Of a DNA stretch of 64,000 bases, positions 30,564-43,728 are shown in pieces; the stretch's first letter is position 1, and every line of letters starts with the position of its first letter. Under the pieces are notes generated by a model that worked only from the letters and a program-made list of their open reading frames with translations, was not told where the DNA came from and made no database searches. The DNA lies in contig CAWHEP010000009.1 in NCBI GenBank assembly GCA_963828525.1, forward strand, positions 320,001-384,000. Direction: 5' to 3'. A program made the translations under genes and the position numbers. Source of the stretch: an uncultured Verrucomicrobiae bacterium (GTDB lineage: Bacteria; Verrucomicrobiota; Verrucomicrobiia; Chthoniobacterales; Chthoniobacteraceae).

Positions 30564-33500
30564 ATGAAAACGAAACTGCTCCTTGCCTGGTCCCTCACCT
30601 TCTCAACGCTGCTTAACGCCGAAAATGAAATCGGCTTTATCGAGAAGTTCGCCCTCTCGCCGAACCGGGAAGCAGTGATGAATGAATTGATACCGGGAAG
30701 CGAGGATTACTACTTCTATCACGCGCTGCAGTATCAGAATACGAACCAGGAGGAAAAGCTTGCGGGCATCATGCGGCAGTGGGCCAAACGCTTCCCGCGA
30801 TCGGAGCAGCGACGGGTGATCGAAAATCGCTCGGCTCTTCTCAGGTATGACACTGATCCGACAGCGACGTTAAAGTTCCTGCGGGATCGCTTGCATTTGC
30901 ATTTTGATGATCAGCAGGAGACACGCAACAAGCGTCCAGATTTACCATGCACGCTGGATCAAGGGCGAGTGAGCCGCGCGGTATTTCTCCGGGAGGCGCT
31001 CCGGCGGAGCGATGATCTGAAGGAATGCTCGGATGAGACGCTGGAGAGACTGGTGAGGGACAAGACACCGCTAAGGACGGAGCAGGCGCGGGCGCTCCTG
31101 GCCCGAATAAAACGGCCAGATGTGCCAAACCTGATTGAATTGGCGGCAGAGGATCTGCAGTCGAAGGAGAGCCGCGGATTCGGAGAGTTCGACATCCACC
31201 GAGCGCTGCTGCCCGAGCAAATGGATGATCTCGCCCGCAGGATCCCATCGCTGCTTGAGAACACCGCCTTCATCACGGCTCGTATAGCGAAGATGGCGCC
31301 GGGCGCGGACGCGGACGCGGAGTTCGACCCCGCCGAGCGAGTGGCTTGGCTTGAGCGAGTATGGAGCTACACGAGCAAGCTGCCTCCCGCCTTCAACTCT
31401 CTCAAGGCGAATATATTATACCAGCGGTTGAAGCATGACCAGGGGCTGGGTGTTTACGATGAGAACAGGTTCCTGGAATACCTGAAGCTCCCCCGCCCAG
31501 AAGGGTATATGAACCCAAAGTATCTGATGGGGCATGAGCGAAACACGGTAGATCTGAATACAGACTATACGGGCGCAATGAGCACGGCCGTCCCGATTGG
31601 TGACGACGAGCGGCTTGCGCGCGATTTTTTCCTCCACATCTTCGAGAAAGCGGACGGAACCGCCGACCCGGCTGAAGTGCTGAAGCCCTGGACGCCGTAC
31701 GCTCGCGAGAGCTGGCTGCGACCGATCCTGGCGGAGGCCATGATCACAAATGGAAAGGGCGAACCTGAACGGTGGGCTTCGCTGCTTTCGCCCAGCGCTT
31801 TCCAGGCTCTGAAAGATCGGGTGGATGTAGACTTCGCCGCGACAAACCCACAGTTCTGCGCGCCAGCGGACGGGGTGAAGATCGATGTTTCCGTGAAGAA
31901 CGCGCCCAAGCTTATTGTAAGAGTTTACGAGATAAACACCCTCTCGTATTTCCTGACGCAAAAGCGCCAACTGAACACGGATCTGCAGTTGGACGGGCTC
32001 GTACCGAAGAGCGAAACCACCATAGATCTGGGCGGCGGGGAGAGCGACAATCCTTTCCGACGGGTGACGCGCTCCTCTGAGTTTCCCGAATTAAAAGGAA
32101 AAAGGGGGGCTTGGGTTATCGAGTATATCGGCGGCGGCAAATCAAGCCGGGCGCTGGTGCGGAAAGGGCACTGGTCTCTCATCCAGCGGATTGGACCTGC
32201 CGGTGACATGCTGACGGTTTTAGATGAGCAGCAAAACCCTGTGAAGGATGTTGTGGCATGGCTGGAGGGACGCAAGCTGCTCGCGGACGCAAAAACCGGC
32301 TACATCGTAGTGCCGTTCGCTAAAGAGGCAGGCAGCAAGCAGATCATACTGGCAACGCCAGACGGAGAGTTCGCTACACTGGCGAACTTCGCGCAACATA
32401 CGGAGAATTACCGGCTGGACGCGCAGTTCCACATCGAACGCGAACAACTCATCGCGGGGCGCCAGGCAACACTGGCAGTCCGCGCCGCTCTGCTGATCGG
32501 AGATGAACAGACCTCGCTGGAGCTGCTGAAGCAAACAAAGCTGGCAATCACGTCCACAACGCTGGACGGCGTATCAACGACAGCGGAAATACCAGACCCG
32601 GTTCTGACAGAAGCGAAGACTTTCACTCATGTGTTTCAAGTGCCTGAGAGGCTCGCCTCGCTGTCCGTGACGCTGAACGGGAAGGTGGAGAATATCTCCA
32701 AAGGCGGGGAGAAGCAGGAGGTATCCGCCACTAGAACGTGGGAAATCAACGGAATCGACAGGACAGATGCGACAAGTGACGGACAACTCAGCAAATTCGA
32801 CAAAGGCTATGTCTTTGAACTGCTTGGAAAAAACGGTGAGCCAATCGCCAATCAGCAGGTTGTGTTCGACTTCACCAACCGGGGATTCACGGAACCTGAG
32901 CATATCGCGCTGAGGACGGATGACGCGGGACGCATACAGCTCGGCGCTCTCGCGGAGCTGAGCCGCGCGCAGGCGCGCCTGCCAAACGGGAGAGTGAGGG
33001 ATTGGGCGCTTGAAGATTCCGCGCGAACCTGGCCGACAACTATCCATGCCAATGCAGGTGACCCGATCGAAATACCGCGCGCCGGAGACCCAGGGAGCTA
33101 TTCCCTGCTGGAACAGCGCGGCGGGACATTTGTAGCGGACAAGAAGGAAGCTATCGAAGGCGCCGGTGGAGCAGAGCCGATGATCAATGGATTGGCTCCC
33201 GGCGATTACTCGCTGCTGGCGCGGGATGCAGGGCTGCACGAAATCACGATCCGAGTAACGGCCGGGAAGCGGGCGCGGAACTGGATTGCGTCGCCGACAC
33301 GCTCCCTGGAGGCGCGCGAGGGGTTACCTTTGCAGATCGCTGGAGCGCAAGTCGATGGCGACAGCGTGCGGGTGCGGATCGCCAACGCCGACCAGTTTAC
33401 GCGAGTGCATATCGCGGCAACACGTTTTCTGCCCGGGACGGGTCTCTTTGAACTTGGGAGATTCGCGCGGTTCGAGCCGGGCTGGGGCACGCCCGACAAG

Positions 33501-36500
33501 CTGCCGAACCTCTTCGCGGCGGAGCGCGAGATCGGCGATGAGTATCGCTACATACTCGAACGCCGTGACACCAAGGCCTACCCAGGCAACATGCTGGCGA
33601 GGCCGGGGTTGCTGCTAAATCCCTGGGAAGAGCGTTCGACAGATCTCCACGCGCTTGAATCGATTGGAGGGGAGATTAGTTCTGCGATGGGAGGAGCGCG
33701 CGCCGGACAATCGCAAGTTCCTTCCGCTATAGAGGGGTTTGGCATGGACGCAGCCCACGCGGCAGACGGAGCGGACATTGACTATTTGGCCAACACCGCT
33801 CCGGTGTTCTATAACTTAACCCCCGATGAAAACGGGATCGCTCATCTGGATCGCAAGGAGCTGGGAGACCGGCAGTATCTACAGATCGAGGTTGAGAACC
33901 TTACGGGCGCCGTGGAGAGAACAATGGCGCTTCCGGAGGTATTGACGAAGCTTCACGATCTGCGGCTGATGCTCAATCTGGACCCGGGCAAAACATTCAC
34001 GGAGAAGAAGGAGGCGACACTCCTTGAAGCAGGCCAGAAAATCACGCTCGATAACATACTCACGAGCGACCTGGAGACTTACGACTCCCTGGCCTCAGTG
34101 CATGCTCTGTTCATGACGCTAAGCCATGATGAACGGCTCGCCAAATTCGGCTGGGTGCTGGACTGGCCAAAGCTGAAAGACGAGGAAAAGCGCGCGCGAT
34201 ATTCCGAGTATGCCTGCCACGAATTGAACGTTTTTCTTGCGCGAAAAGACCCGTCGTTTTTCACCAGTGTCATCGTTCCGCATCTGCGAAACAAAAAAGA
34301 CAAAACGTTCATCGACGACTATCTCCTCGGCGCGGATATGAAGAGATACGCCGCTCCGTGGGCGTATGGCAGGCTGAATATCGCGGAGCGCTGCCTGCTT
34401 GCAGAGCGTCTGCCGGATGAAGCCGCAGCAACCGCCCGGCACCTGCGGGAACTTTGGGAGCTGCTGCCACCAAATCCAGAGCGCAATAGCCAAATGTTTG
34501 ACACGGCGCTTATGGGAGACGCGCTCTTCAAAGAGGACAAGAGCGGGCTGTCTGACGCGAGAAGAGGGCTGGTGGCAAGTAGCGAACCTTCAACGCCGGT
34601 AGCAACGACCGCGCCGGCACCGGCGGGCTTCATAGCATACGGATCATCGCTCAAACGATCAAATAGCTATAGTGGATCAACCTCGATCGCAGGAGGAGTG
34701 ATCACGATGGGAGACTTAGCCCAGACCCCGCGGCAATTCAGGACCAAGGCGCGCCGGCCTTATTTGAGAGACGGAGTGGATGCGCCTGGGAACGAACAAA
34801 AAAATGAGCTTAGCATCGATGCGGACAGCGGCAGTCTGAATCACGAGGAGAGCAAGCGCCTCCGGACGGTGACTCGGCAGTTTTTCCGCGCGTTGGGACC
34901 TACAAAGGAGTGGGCTGAGAATAACTACTACGAACTGCCGCTATCACAGCAAGGGGCGGAGCTAATCACGATAAATGCTTTCTGGCGGGATTACGCAGGA
35001 CGCGATCCGAAGACTCCGTTCCTTTCAACGCATGTAGCGGAAGCGAGCGGAAGTTTTTCGGAGATGATGCTCGCGCTGGCTGTTCTGGATCTGCCGTTTA
35101 ACTCACCCAAAAATGTACAAAAGACAGAGGGGAGCCGATTTACCATGACGGCGGGCGGGCCGCTGATTGCATTCCACCGTGAAATCAAGCTGGCAGCGCC
35201 AGCCAGGGATCGCGAGGAGTTGCTTGTGAGCGAGAATTTCTATCGGCAGGGAGATCGCTACCGAGAAGAGGGAAACGAGCGATTTGACAAATATGTCACG
35301 GAGGAGTTCCTGCCGGGAGTCGTGTACCGGAGCGAACATCGTGGTGACGAATCCTGGATCATCACCTCGAAAACTAGAGTTGCTGATGCAAATCCCTCAA
35401 GGGGCGCTCCCGGTGCTCGGGAGCAAGGCCACGGACAGCAAAGCGCTACGGCTGGAGGCATGCACGACGAAGACCTTCGAATACTTCTTCTACTTCCCCA
35501 CTGCGGGCGCGGAGGCCTTTCCTCACTACCCGGTGAGCGTGGCGCTCAATGAGGAAAGCGTGGGAGCGGCAAAACCAACGATGTTCAAGGTGGTGCGGGA
35601 GCTCTCCCGGATCGACAAAGCCTCATGGGATTACGTGTCGCAGGTACGGAAGCGACGAGGACGTATTTGGCTTTCTGGAGCAGACGAATATCGAACGGAT
35701 CAATCTGAGCCGGGTGGCCTGGCGGGCTCGCGGCAGCGTCGATTTCTTCCGAAAGCTGGTGACCCTGCTGGCGAAGCGGCATGTGTATAACGATGCGCTT
35801 TACTCATACGGAGTCGCGCATAATGACACTGATTCCATGCGCGAGTGGTTGCGCCACCACGATGATTTTATCGCCCAATGCGGCCCCTGGCTGGACTGCA
35901 GCCTGATCAAGATCAATCCGATCGAGCGGCGCTCGTATGAGCATCTGGAATATTCGCCTCTTGTAAACCAGCGGTCGCGGCGCGTCGGAGCCGAGAACCA
36001 GATCGCGAATCCTGTGCTGCGGGCGCAATATCAAGCGCTGCTGAGGATCCTCGCGCATAAGCCAACTCTGGACGCGATCGATGAAATGAGCCTGGTATAC
36101 TATCTCTTTCTTCAGGATAGGGTGGGAGAGGCTCTGGAGAGATTCCACGCGGTAAAGGCAGAGGAATTGCCGACAAAATTGCAGTATGATTATTTCCGCT
36201 GCTACGCGGCATTCTACGAGGAGCAACCGGCAGCGGCTCGATCCGTCGCAGAACAGTACGCGAATTACCCGGTGGATCGATGGAAGACGCTATTCAGCGA
36301 CGTAAGAGCTGAGGCGGATGAAGCGGAGGGAAAGGCGGGGCATGGCGAGGCGCCAGGGAAAGATCGCGAGGGGCGGCAAGCGGCGCTTGCGGCCACAGAG
36401 CCATCATTCGACTTCAAGGTGGAGGACGGAAAAATCTCGCTGGGGTGGAAGAACGCTGACGAGGTGAGAGTGAACTATTACCTGATGGATCCCGAGTTCC

Positions 36501-37054
36501 TTTTCAGCTCCAACCCTTTCGTCGCGCAGGATGCCGGACGTTTTTCTATTGTGAAACCCGGGAAGAGCGATCTTGTAAAGCTGCCAGCGGGCCGGGACGC
36601 GCTGGATCTGCCGCTGCCGCCTGAGTTCGCGAAAGCGAACGTGTTGATCGAGATTGTGGGCGCGGGGCAACGGAAAGCGCAAGCCTATCACGCGAACACC
36701 CTTAAGCTGGCGTTGGCGGAGAACTATGGGCAGTTGGATTTGCGAGACCAGGGAGCAGGCAAGCCGGTGAGCAAGGCGTATGTGAAGGTATACGCCCGCT
36801 TAAAGGGCGGGACAGTGCGATTCTTCAAAGATGGCTATACGGATCTGAGAGGGAAGTTCGATTATGCGAGTCTGAATAGCAGCCAGTCCCCGGAGCCCGC
36901 TCCCCTCGGGAATGACGGTGAACAGGGCGGAGAAAACATGAATTATAAAATGCTCAAGCCGGAGGAGCTCAACAGCGTAGAAAAGCTGGCGATCCTGGTG
37001 ATGAGTCCGGCGGATGGGACTGTTGTGCGGGAGGTGGATCCACCGGCGGAATAG
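30564..37054 (+). CDS. Giant exported protein, ~2160 aa after repairing extra bases at ~35328 and ~35644; macroglobulin-domain-like repeats
   Basis: Signal peptide MKTKLLLAWSLTFSTLLNA; three ORFs join by successive +1 shifts (VY-GANIVVTNP; YVSQ-YGSDED). Confidence 0.75.
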
Positions 37055-37088
37055 CTTGGGCCGAGCTCCCGGCGGAGTAAGCCTCTGC

Positions 37089-38595
37089 TTACCAACCGCC
37101 GCCAAGCGATTTGATAAGTTGGACTGTGGCTTGAAGTTCCTGCCCCAACAACTGACGGCTTATGCGTTGGTCGGCCAAAAGAGTGCGCTGCGCCTCCAGG
37201 ACGTCGAGGAAGTTAATCGCGCCCTTTTCGTATTGCTTCTGGCTTAGTTCCAGAGAGCGCCTGGCGGCTGCGCTGGCCTCCTGCTGGGCGTTCAGTTGCT
37301 GAGCCAGTGTATGCAAATCGAGAAGTGCCGTTTCGACTTCCTGGAAGGCAACCAGCACCTGCTTGCGATAGGCGGCGACTTGCTCATCGTAGCGCGCCTG
37401 ACTTCCTCTTAGATTGGCTATGATTCCGGCCTCCCTCGAAGATGGGGAGGCTGATACTCGGTCCGATCTGCCACACCCGGCTTTGCCACGAGAAAAGACT
37501 GCCCACATCGGCGCTCTCCAGTCCGGCCAGACCCGTGAGCTTGATCTCAGGAAAAAATGCGGCCTTTGCCAAACCGACTCGAGCATTGGCAGCCGCGAGT
37601 TGCCGTTCCGCGGAAGCAATGTCGGGCCTTCTTTCGAGCAAGCGGCTTGGAAGACCCGTCGGAATGCGAGGCGGGTTGCTTCCCAGCACTCCTCTGCCAA
37701 GCTGAAAAGCGCTGGCAGACTGTCCCGTCAGCGTCGCAAGGGCATTCTCCATTTCTCCGCGCGCCCGGCGGACACTGAATAGGTCTGCTTCGTTGCTGGC
37801 GGCCTCGGACTTGGCGCGCGCGACATCGAGTTCACCAGTCAAACCCGCGTCCAGACGTTCTTGCGCGATTTGCAACGCGTCCCGCCGTGTCTTGATGGTG
37901 CTCTCCAGAACGACAGTTTCCTCGTCCAGAGCGCGCAGGCTGAAATACGTTGACGCGACGTTTGCAGTCACACTGACAAGGGTGTTCTGGTAGTCAGCCA
38001 CGCTCGCCTGGGCAGTGGCTCGCGCCGCCTCTGTGTTGCGACGCACCCTTCCGAAAAGATCGATCTCCCAGCTAAGATCCAGCGGAAGCCGGAAGAGGTT
38101 GTAGGTGCGGGTAAGCGGCTGATTATTCAGAACGAAATCTCCCGAATTTCCAGAAGCTCCGCTGCCAGACGGGCCGGCGAAGGGGTTGGGGCCAATCAGG
38201 CGACCCGTCTGATAAGGATCGGTGTTGCTGCTCCGCTGCCTGGTGGCACTCGGTTCTGCGGAAAGACTGGGCAAAAAGTCGGCTGCCGCCACGCGCGTTT
38301 GAGATTGCGCTTCCCTGATCCGGGCAATGGCTCCGGAGATGTCCTGGTTTTCATGCGCGGCATGATTTTCGAGTTCGTTGAGCGTGGAATCGTGAAATAC
38401 CTCCCACCACGCGCCACGCGCCTCAAAGTCGCGCGGCTCGGCAACCTTCCACTTCCCGGCCTCACCAGAATTGTTCTTAAAGGAGCGGAGGGTTTCGCGC
38501 GGAGGACCTTTGTAGTCCGGCCCCACGGCACAGGAGGCGAGCAAACAAGCAACAGATGAAGCGCCCCAGAGCTTAAGGATTTTCCTGGCGCGCAT
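37089..38595 (-). CDS. Outer-membrane efflux lipoprotein (NodT/OprM family; extra base near 37423)
   Basis: LLASCAVGPDY lipobox, WEIDLFGR, PSRLLERRPDI, C-terminal KSLGGGW. Confidence 0.9.
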
Positions 38596-38596
38596 G

Positions 38597-39707
38597 TCAG
38601 GGTTTGTCTCGCCCGGCCTCTTCGGGATGTCCGCTGACATCAATCTTCGGCTCCACAGACATGCCGGGAGCCAATCGAAGCAGGGCTCCAAGCGGCTCGT
38701 CGAAGACGATCTTGACGGGAACCCGCTGCACCACTTTCACGAAATTCCCTGTTGCGTTCTCGGCAGGCAGGAGGCTGAAGCGAGAGCCGGTGCCAAGTTG
38801 GAAGCTGTCCACATGGGCCTTAAGATTCAGGGAGGGAAAAGCGTCAACTTTGACCCGCACCGGCTGTCCGGCGCGCATGCGGGTAAGCTGTGTTTCCTTA
38901 AAATTCGCGGTGACCCAAACGTCGGGAAGCACGAGCGAACACATCGCCTGCGCCATCTGGACATAATCCCCTGTATCAACGCTTTTTCGCACGATGCGTC
39001 CATCCACAGCGGCTTGAATCCTCGTGTAGGAGAGCTGCAACTCAGCATCATGCACCACCGCTTCGGCAACGCGCGCGCTGGCGCTGGCTGAACCGGCCTG
39101 GGCTTCCGCGGCCTCGACGCTCGCGCGGATCGCCTCCGCATTGGCTCGCGCCGCTTGCGCCATCGCCTTCTGAGCGTCGAACGATGCCTTTGTTGTGTCC
39201 ACCTCCTCCTTTGCGACCGCGCGAACATCCTTCTGAAAAAGGCTTTTGTTTCTGTTGAAGTTTATGCCAGCCACCTCGAACTGCGCCTCTTGCTGAGCGA
39301 CTTGCGACTCCGCCTGAACGACCTGGGCTTTCGCCTGATCCATCTGCGCGAGCGCCTGCCGCACCTGGGCTCTCGCCTGGCCTAACTGCGCCTTCGCGCG
39401 TTCCAGCGCCGTTTCGTAATCACGCGGGTCCAGCTCCACCAACAAGTCTCCCTTCCTCACTTCGGAGTTGTCCGTGAAATGTACAGCGGTGACATGCGCC
39501 GCGATCTTCGGGCTAACCTGAATCACGTGCCCGTCAATAAAAGCGTCGTCAGTCGTCTCGAAGTTCCGCGTTCGCAGGTAATAGATCGTCCCTATAACAG
39601 CGCCAATCACGAACACCGCCAGGAGGATCAGCATCGGAGACCCCTTTTTCGGCGGCGCCACTGGCGTGGGATGGATCCTTGCGAGACTCTGTTGTTTCCG
39701 TCGGCAT
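38597..39707 (-). CDS. emrA: HlyD/EmrA membrane-fusion protein (probable extra C near 39669)
   Basis: ETTDDAFIDG, ANFKETQL, FSLLPAENATGNFVKVVQRVPV. Confidence 0.9.
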
Positions 39708-39722
39708 GATACGTTGTCGAAT

Positions 39723-41303
39723 CTAGTGCGCCATGGCTGCTTGTCCCGGCTTTCCGCGTTTGGCGAGCAGAAGCAGAGGCAGGACAAGTACGCAGGCAAG
39801 CGCCATGATGCCAATGGTATCTATATACGCGAGCACGGAAGCCTGCTGCTGGACGGACCGGTAAATCTGGCCGTAGGCCTGCTGCATGGCGTCGGGCGCG
39901 CTTGCTCCCGCGCGCGCAAGACGGTGGCTGATGGTTGCGAAAGTTGCCCGGAATGGAGCGTCATAGTTCGTAATATGAGCGGCGAGGTAGTTCTGATGAA
40001 CCTGCGCGCGTCGCGACAGCAAAGTAGCGGCGGCGGAGATGCCGATGCTGCCTCCGAGATTACGGAAAAGGTTGATCATCGCGGAGACCTGATTCGCCTG
40101 CTGGGGAGCCACGCCGACGAACGAGATTGTATTTATCGGGACGAAAAGAAAGGCGAGCCCGACAGCCTGGTATATCCGGAAGAACACCGCCGCGCGAAAA
40201 TCTATGCCTGTGTATATGTTCATCATGTGGAAGAGCGATAAGGCGGTGGCGATAAATCCAAACGCTATCAGCTTCCTCGGGTCGACCCTCGACACCAGCC
40301 GGCCCACGATCGGCATGCAAAGGAGGACTGTGAACCCTCCCGGCGAGAGCACCATCCCCGCCTGTTCAGCCGTGTAGCCCATGATTGACTGGAGAAACTC
40401 CGGGATGAGGACGGTGGTGCCAAAAAGAGCTGCTCCCAAAGTAAGCATCAGCACGTTTGAAACCGCAAAGTTCCGATTCTTGAACAGTCGCAGGTTCAAT
40501 ATGGGATGCTCCTGCCGCAGTTCCCAGATAACGAAGAAAGCCAGCGCCATGGCGGAGGTGACGGCGAATCCGACGATAAAGTGGCTGCTGAACCAGTCGT
40601 CCTCCTGCCCCTTATCCAGCACGACCTCCAAGCTTCCGAGACCGATCGCCACGAGGCCCGCTCCCATATAGTCGATCGACGCGCCCCGCACGGCCTTTTT
40701 CGTTTCCAAAACATGCGGGGGATCCTCCACCATATGCGAAGTCAAAAGCAGCGATATGATCCCGACGGGCACATTGATGAAGAAGATCCAATGCCACGAG
40801 AAATTATCCGTGATGAAGCCGCCCAACGTTGGGCCGATCGCGGGCGCGAGAACGACGGCCATTCCATAAACGGCGAAGGCAGTGCCACGCCGGGCCGGCG
40901 GGAAGGTATCCGCAAGGATGGTCTGCTCACTTGGGGCCAATCCACCGCCCCCAATGCCTTGCAGAACGCGGAAAAAAATGAGAACAGGCAGACTCGGGGC
41001 CAATCCGCAGAGAAAGGAACTGACGGTGAAAAGAGCCACCGAGATCATATAGAAACGCTTCCGTCCGATTCGGTCGGATATCCATGCGCTTAGCGGGAGC
41101 ACGACGGCATTCGCGATGAGGTAGCTGGTGAGAACCCATGTCGATTCGTCGAGATCCGCGGCGAGGCTTCCGGCAATGTGCGGGAGGGCAACGTTTGCGA
41201 TGGAGGTATCGAGAACCTCCATGAACGTGGCTATCGTGACCGTGAGCGCGATGGCCCATGGATTATGACGCGGCTTCCAAGGGGTTTCAGCGGGAGCGCT
41301 CAA
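39723..41303 (-). CDS. emrB: DHA2 MFS efflux permease (EmrB family)
   Basis: FMEVLDTSIANVALP, WVLTSYL, GRKR, GPTLGG, RNLGGSIG. Confidence 0.92.
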   Translation of the reverse strand: MSAPAETPWKPRHNPWAIALTVTIATFMEVLDTSIANVALPHIAGSLAADLDESTWVLTSYLIANAVVLPLSAWISDRIGRKRFYMISVALFTVSSFLCGLAPSLPVLIFFRVLQGIGGGGLAPSEQTILADTFPPARRGTAFAVYGMAVVLAPAIGPTLGGFITDNFSWHWIFFINVPVGIISLLLTSHMVEDPPHVLETKKAVRGASIDYMGAGLVAIGLGSLEVVLDKGQEDDWFSSHFIVGFAVTSAMALAFFVIWELRQEHPILNLRLFKNRNFAVSNVLMLTLGAALFGTTVLIPEFLQSIMGYTAEQAGMVLSPGGFTVLLCMPIVGRLVSRVDPRKLIAFGFIATALSLFHMMNIYTGIDFRAAVFFRIYQAVGLAFLFVPINTISFVGVAPQQANQVSAMINLFRNLGGSIGISAAATLLSRRAQVHQNYLAAHITNYDAPFRATFATISHRLARAGASAPDAMQQAYGQIYRSVQQQASVLAYIDTIGIMALACVLVLPLLLLAKRGKPGQAAMAH

Positions 41304-41438
41304 GGAATGCGATCCAAAGTCGCTGGGCAGGAAGGTCCGGGCATCGCCTGTTTCATACGTTTTTACCTCGCCGGAAGTTGCCTCGGGTTCTGTTTGCCAC
41401 CGCCCGACACCATCTTATATTGAGCCTCGGGCTGAGGA

Positions 41439-43637
41439 ATGAAACAGGAAACAAAACTCGGAGCTCTTTTCATCACGATGGCAGTCGTCTTGATGATAAG
41501 CATCGCGGCTATCTATCTCACGGGCCGGACGCTTTTGCGACTAAACAACAGTGTAGCCAAGCAGAGAGTGGCGGTGGCGCAGGTGGATAATGTTCTCTCC
41601 GAGCTAAAGGATCTCGAGACCGGACAACGAGGCTTTCTGTTAACGGAAAAGGAAGCCTACCTCGAGCCTTACGTCATGGGTTCATCGCACATTCGCGACG
41701 ACTTCAGCGTTATCCGACAGTCGGTCAACGAGGGATTTGTACCCGCGGCGGGCGTGGATCAAATCGAGACGCTCGCGTCTCAGAAGATGGATGAGCTGCA
41801 GAGAACAATCGCGCTCAAGCGAGCAGGCCAGACCAAGAAGGCTTTGCAGATCGTGCAAACGGACGCCGGGAAGGCGATCATGGATTCCATACGAGGAAAG
41901 GCGCGAGATTTGAACGCGCGACTAAATTCCAGCATCGATGACGCGCAGAGGGAGGCGGATCACTCTGCTGTGATCCGTAACGCGGTCGTCATTGCCGCTG
42001 TATTGCTGAACCTGCTCTTTTTAGCCTGGGCCTATCGGCAGGTGAGCTCTGAGGTCGCTGCCCGGTTGCGTTCCGCAGTGGAAACTCAGAGGCAAAAGGA
42101 GCTGCTTTCGGTAACGCTCGCAAGCATCGGAGACGCCGTCATTGTCACAGATACCGCAGGCAATATCACCTTCCTCAACAATACGGCCTGCGCCTTGACG
42201 GGCTGGACTGCGGCGGAGGCAAATGGGAAACGGTGCGTGGACGTCTTCAAGATCATCAATGAACAAACGCGCCAAATAGTGGAGAGCCCGGTGGAAAAGG
42301 TCATCCGCACAGGAATGATTGTCGGGCTCGCCAACCATACCCTGCTCATCCATAAGGACGGGAATGAGATCCCGATCGATGACAGCGGAGCTCCCATACG
42401 CGAAAAGGATGGCGCGACTCGGGGAGTCGTTCTGGTGTTTCGGGACTTCAGTGAACACAAACAGGCCGAGGCAGCGCTACGGAAGGCGAAGGAAGAGGCT
42501 GACGCGGCGAGCCGGGCGAAAGACCAGTTTTTGGCGGCGCTGTCCCACGAGTTGCGCACACCGCTCTCGCCGGTTTTAGCCACGCTGACGGGGTGGGAAG
42601 TCTCCGACGATTTCCCGGCGGGACTCATGCCCGATCTGCAGATGATCCGCAAGAACGTGGAACTTGAAGCGCGGCTGATCGATGACCTTCTCGACGTAAC
42701 ACGGATTGTGAAAGGCAAAATGCACCTGCACGTCGAGACACTCGATGTGCATCGCCTGCTGAAATCGGGCGCGGCAATCTACCAGAGCGAGATCTTTGCA
42801 AAACGGTTGAATCTCGGGATCGACCTCAAGGCCTCGCGGGTTTTCATGAAAGCTGACTCCGCAAGGTTGCAACAGGTGTTTTCCAACATGCTCCGGAACG
42901 CGATCAAGTTTACACCGGAGCGCGGCACGGTAAGCATCCACACCGAGGATAGCGACGGCATGATCCGAATCGCCGTGAGCGACAGCGGCATAGGGATGAC
43001 TTCGGAAGCCATTGCAAGGCTTTTCAGGCCCTTTGAGCAAGGGAATGAAGAAGTCATGAAGCGTTTCGGTGGTCTGGGACTTGGTCTCACCATTTGCAAA
43101 TTTCTCGTGGAAGCTCACGGGGGCCGAATAGAGGCGGCAAGCGACGGGCCCGGTCGCGGCTCGACGTTTACTCTTAGCCTGCCGTGTCTCGCGGACGCGC
43201 CCGCCGAGGGGCCCCTCCCATTGGCAGTCAGAAAGTCACAGCTCGCCAATCGTCCTCTGCGTATCCTTCTGGTGGAAGACCACCCTGATACCGCCCGCGT
43301 GATGAGCAGTCTGCTTCGACGGCTAGGTCACGAGGTTGATACCGCGGCATCCGTTTCCGCCGCAATGGAGCTGTTCTCCACGCGAGATTACGAGCTCCTT
43401 CTCAGCGACATCGGCCTGCCTGATGGAACTGGAATCGACCTGCTTGAGAAGGCAAGGATGTACTATGCTGGCCCTGCCGTCGCGCTGACTGGTTTCGGCA
43501 TGGAAGAGGATATAGCGCGGTGCTTGAAAGCCGGTTTCGACTCGCACATGACCAAGCCGATCACTTTTGACAAGCTGGAAGGTCTCCTCTTCACCTTTTC
43601 GGAGGCGGCGGGGCATGCTACTCCGGAACGGGTCTAG
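41439..43637 (+). CDS. Hybrid sensor histidine kinase (CHASE3-PAS-HisKA-HATPase-REC)
   Basis: ETGQRGFLLT..YLEPY, SIGDAVIVTD, LSHELRTPL, NAIKFT, GGLGLGL, LLVEDH..SDIGLPD..KP. Confidence 0.93.
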   Translation: MKQETKLGALFITMAVVLMISIAAIYLTGRTLLRLNNSVAKQRVAVAQVDNVLSELKDLETGQRGFLLTEKEAYLEPYVMGSSHIRDDFSVIRQSVNEGFVPAAGVDQIETLASQKMDELQRTIALKRAGQTKKALQIVQTDAGKAIMDSIRGKARDLNARLNSSIDDAQREADHSAVIRNAVVIAAVLLNLLFLAWAYRQVSSEVAARLRSAVETQRQKELLSVTLASIGDAVIVTDTAGNITFLNNTACALTGWTAAEANGKRCVDVFKIINEQTRQIVESPVEKVIRTGMIVGLANHTLLIHKDGNEIPIDDSGAPIREKDGATRGVVLVFRDFSEHKQAEAALRKAKEEADAASRAKDQFLAALSHELRTPLSPVLATLTGWEVSDDFPAGLMPDLQMIRKNVELEARLIDDLLDVTRIVKGKMHLHVETLDVHRLLKSGAAIYQSEIFAKRLNLGIDLKASRVFMKADSARLQQVFSNMLRNAIKFTPERGTVSIHTEDSDGMIRIAVSDSGIGMTSEAIARLFRPFEQGNEEVMKRFGGLGLGLTICKFLVEAHGGRIEAASDGPGRGSTFTLSLPCLADAPAEGPLPLAVRKSQLANRPLRILLVEDHPDTARVMSSLLRRLGHEVDTAASVSAAMELFSTRDYELLLSDIGLPDGTGIDLLEKARMYYAGPAVALTGFGMEEDIARCLKAGFDSHMTKPITFDKLEGLLFTFSEAAGHATPERV

Positions 43638-43728
43638 AAGGTGGCTGATGGTCCATTCCAGAATCAGAGTGGGATTGTGGAGGCACGGGCTTCCCTGGAC
43701 AACGATTAAGAGGTAGAAGAGGCTCCTA

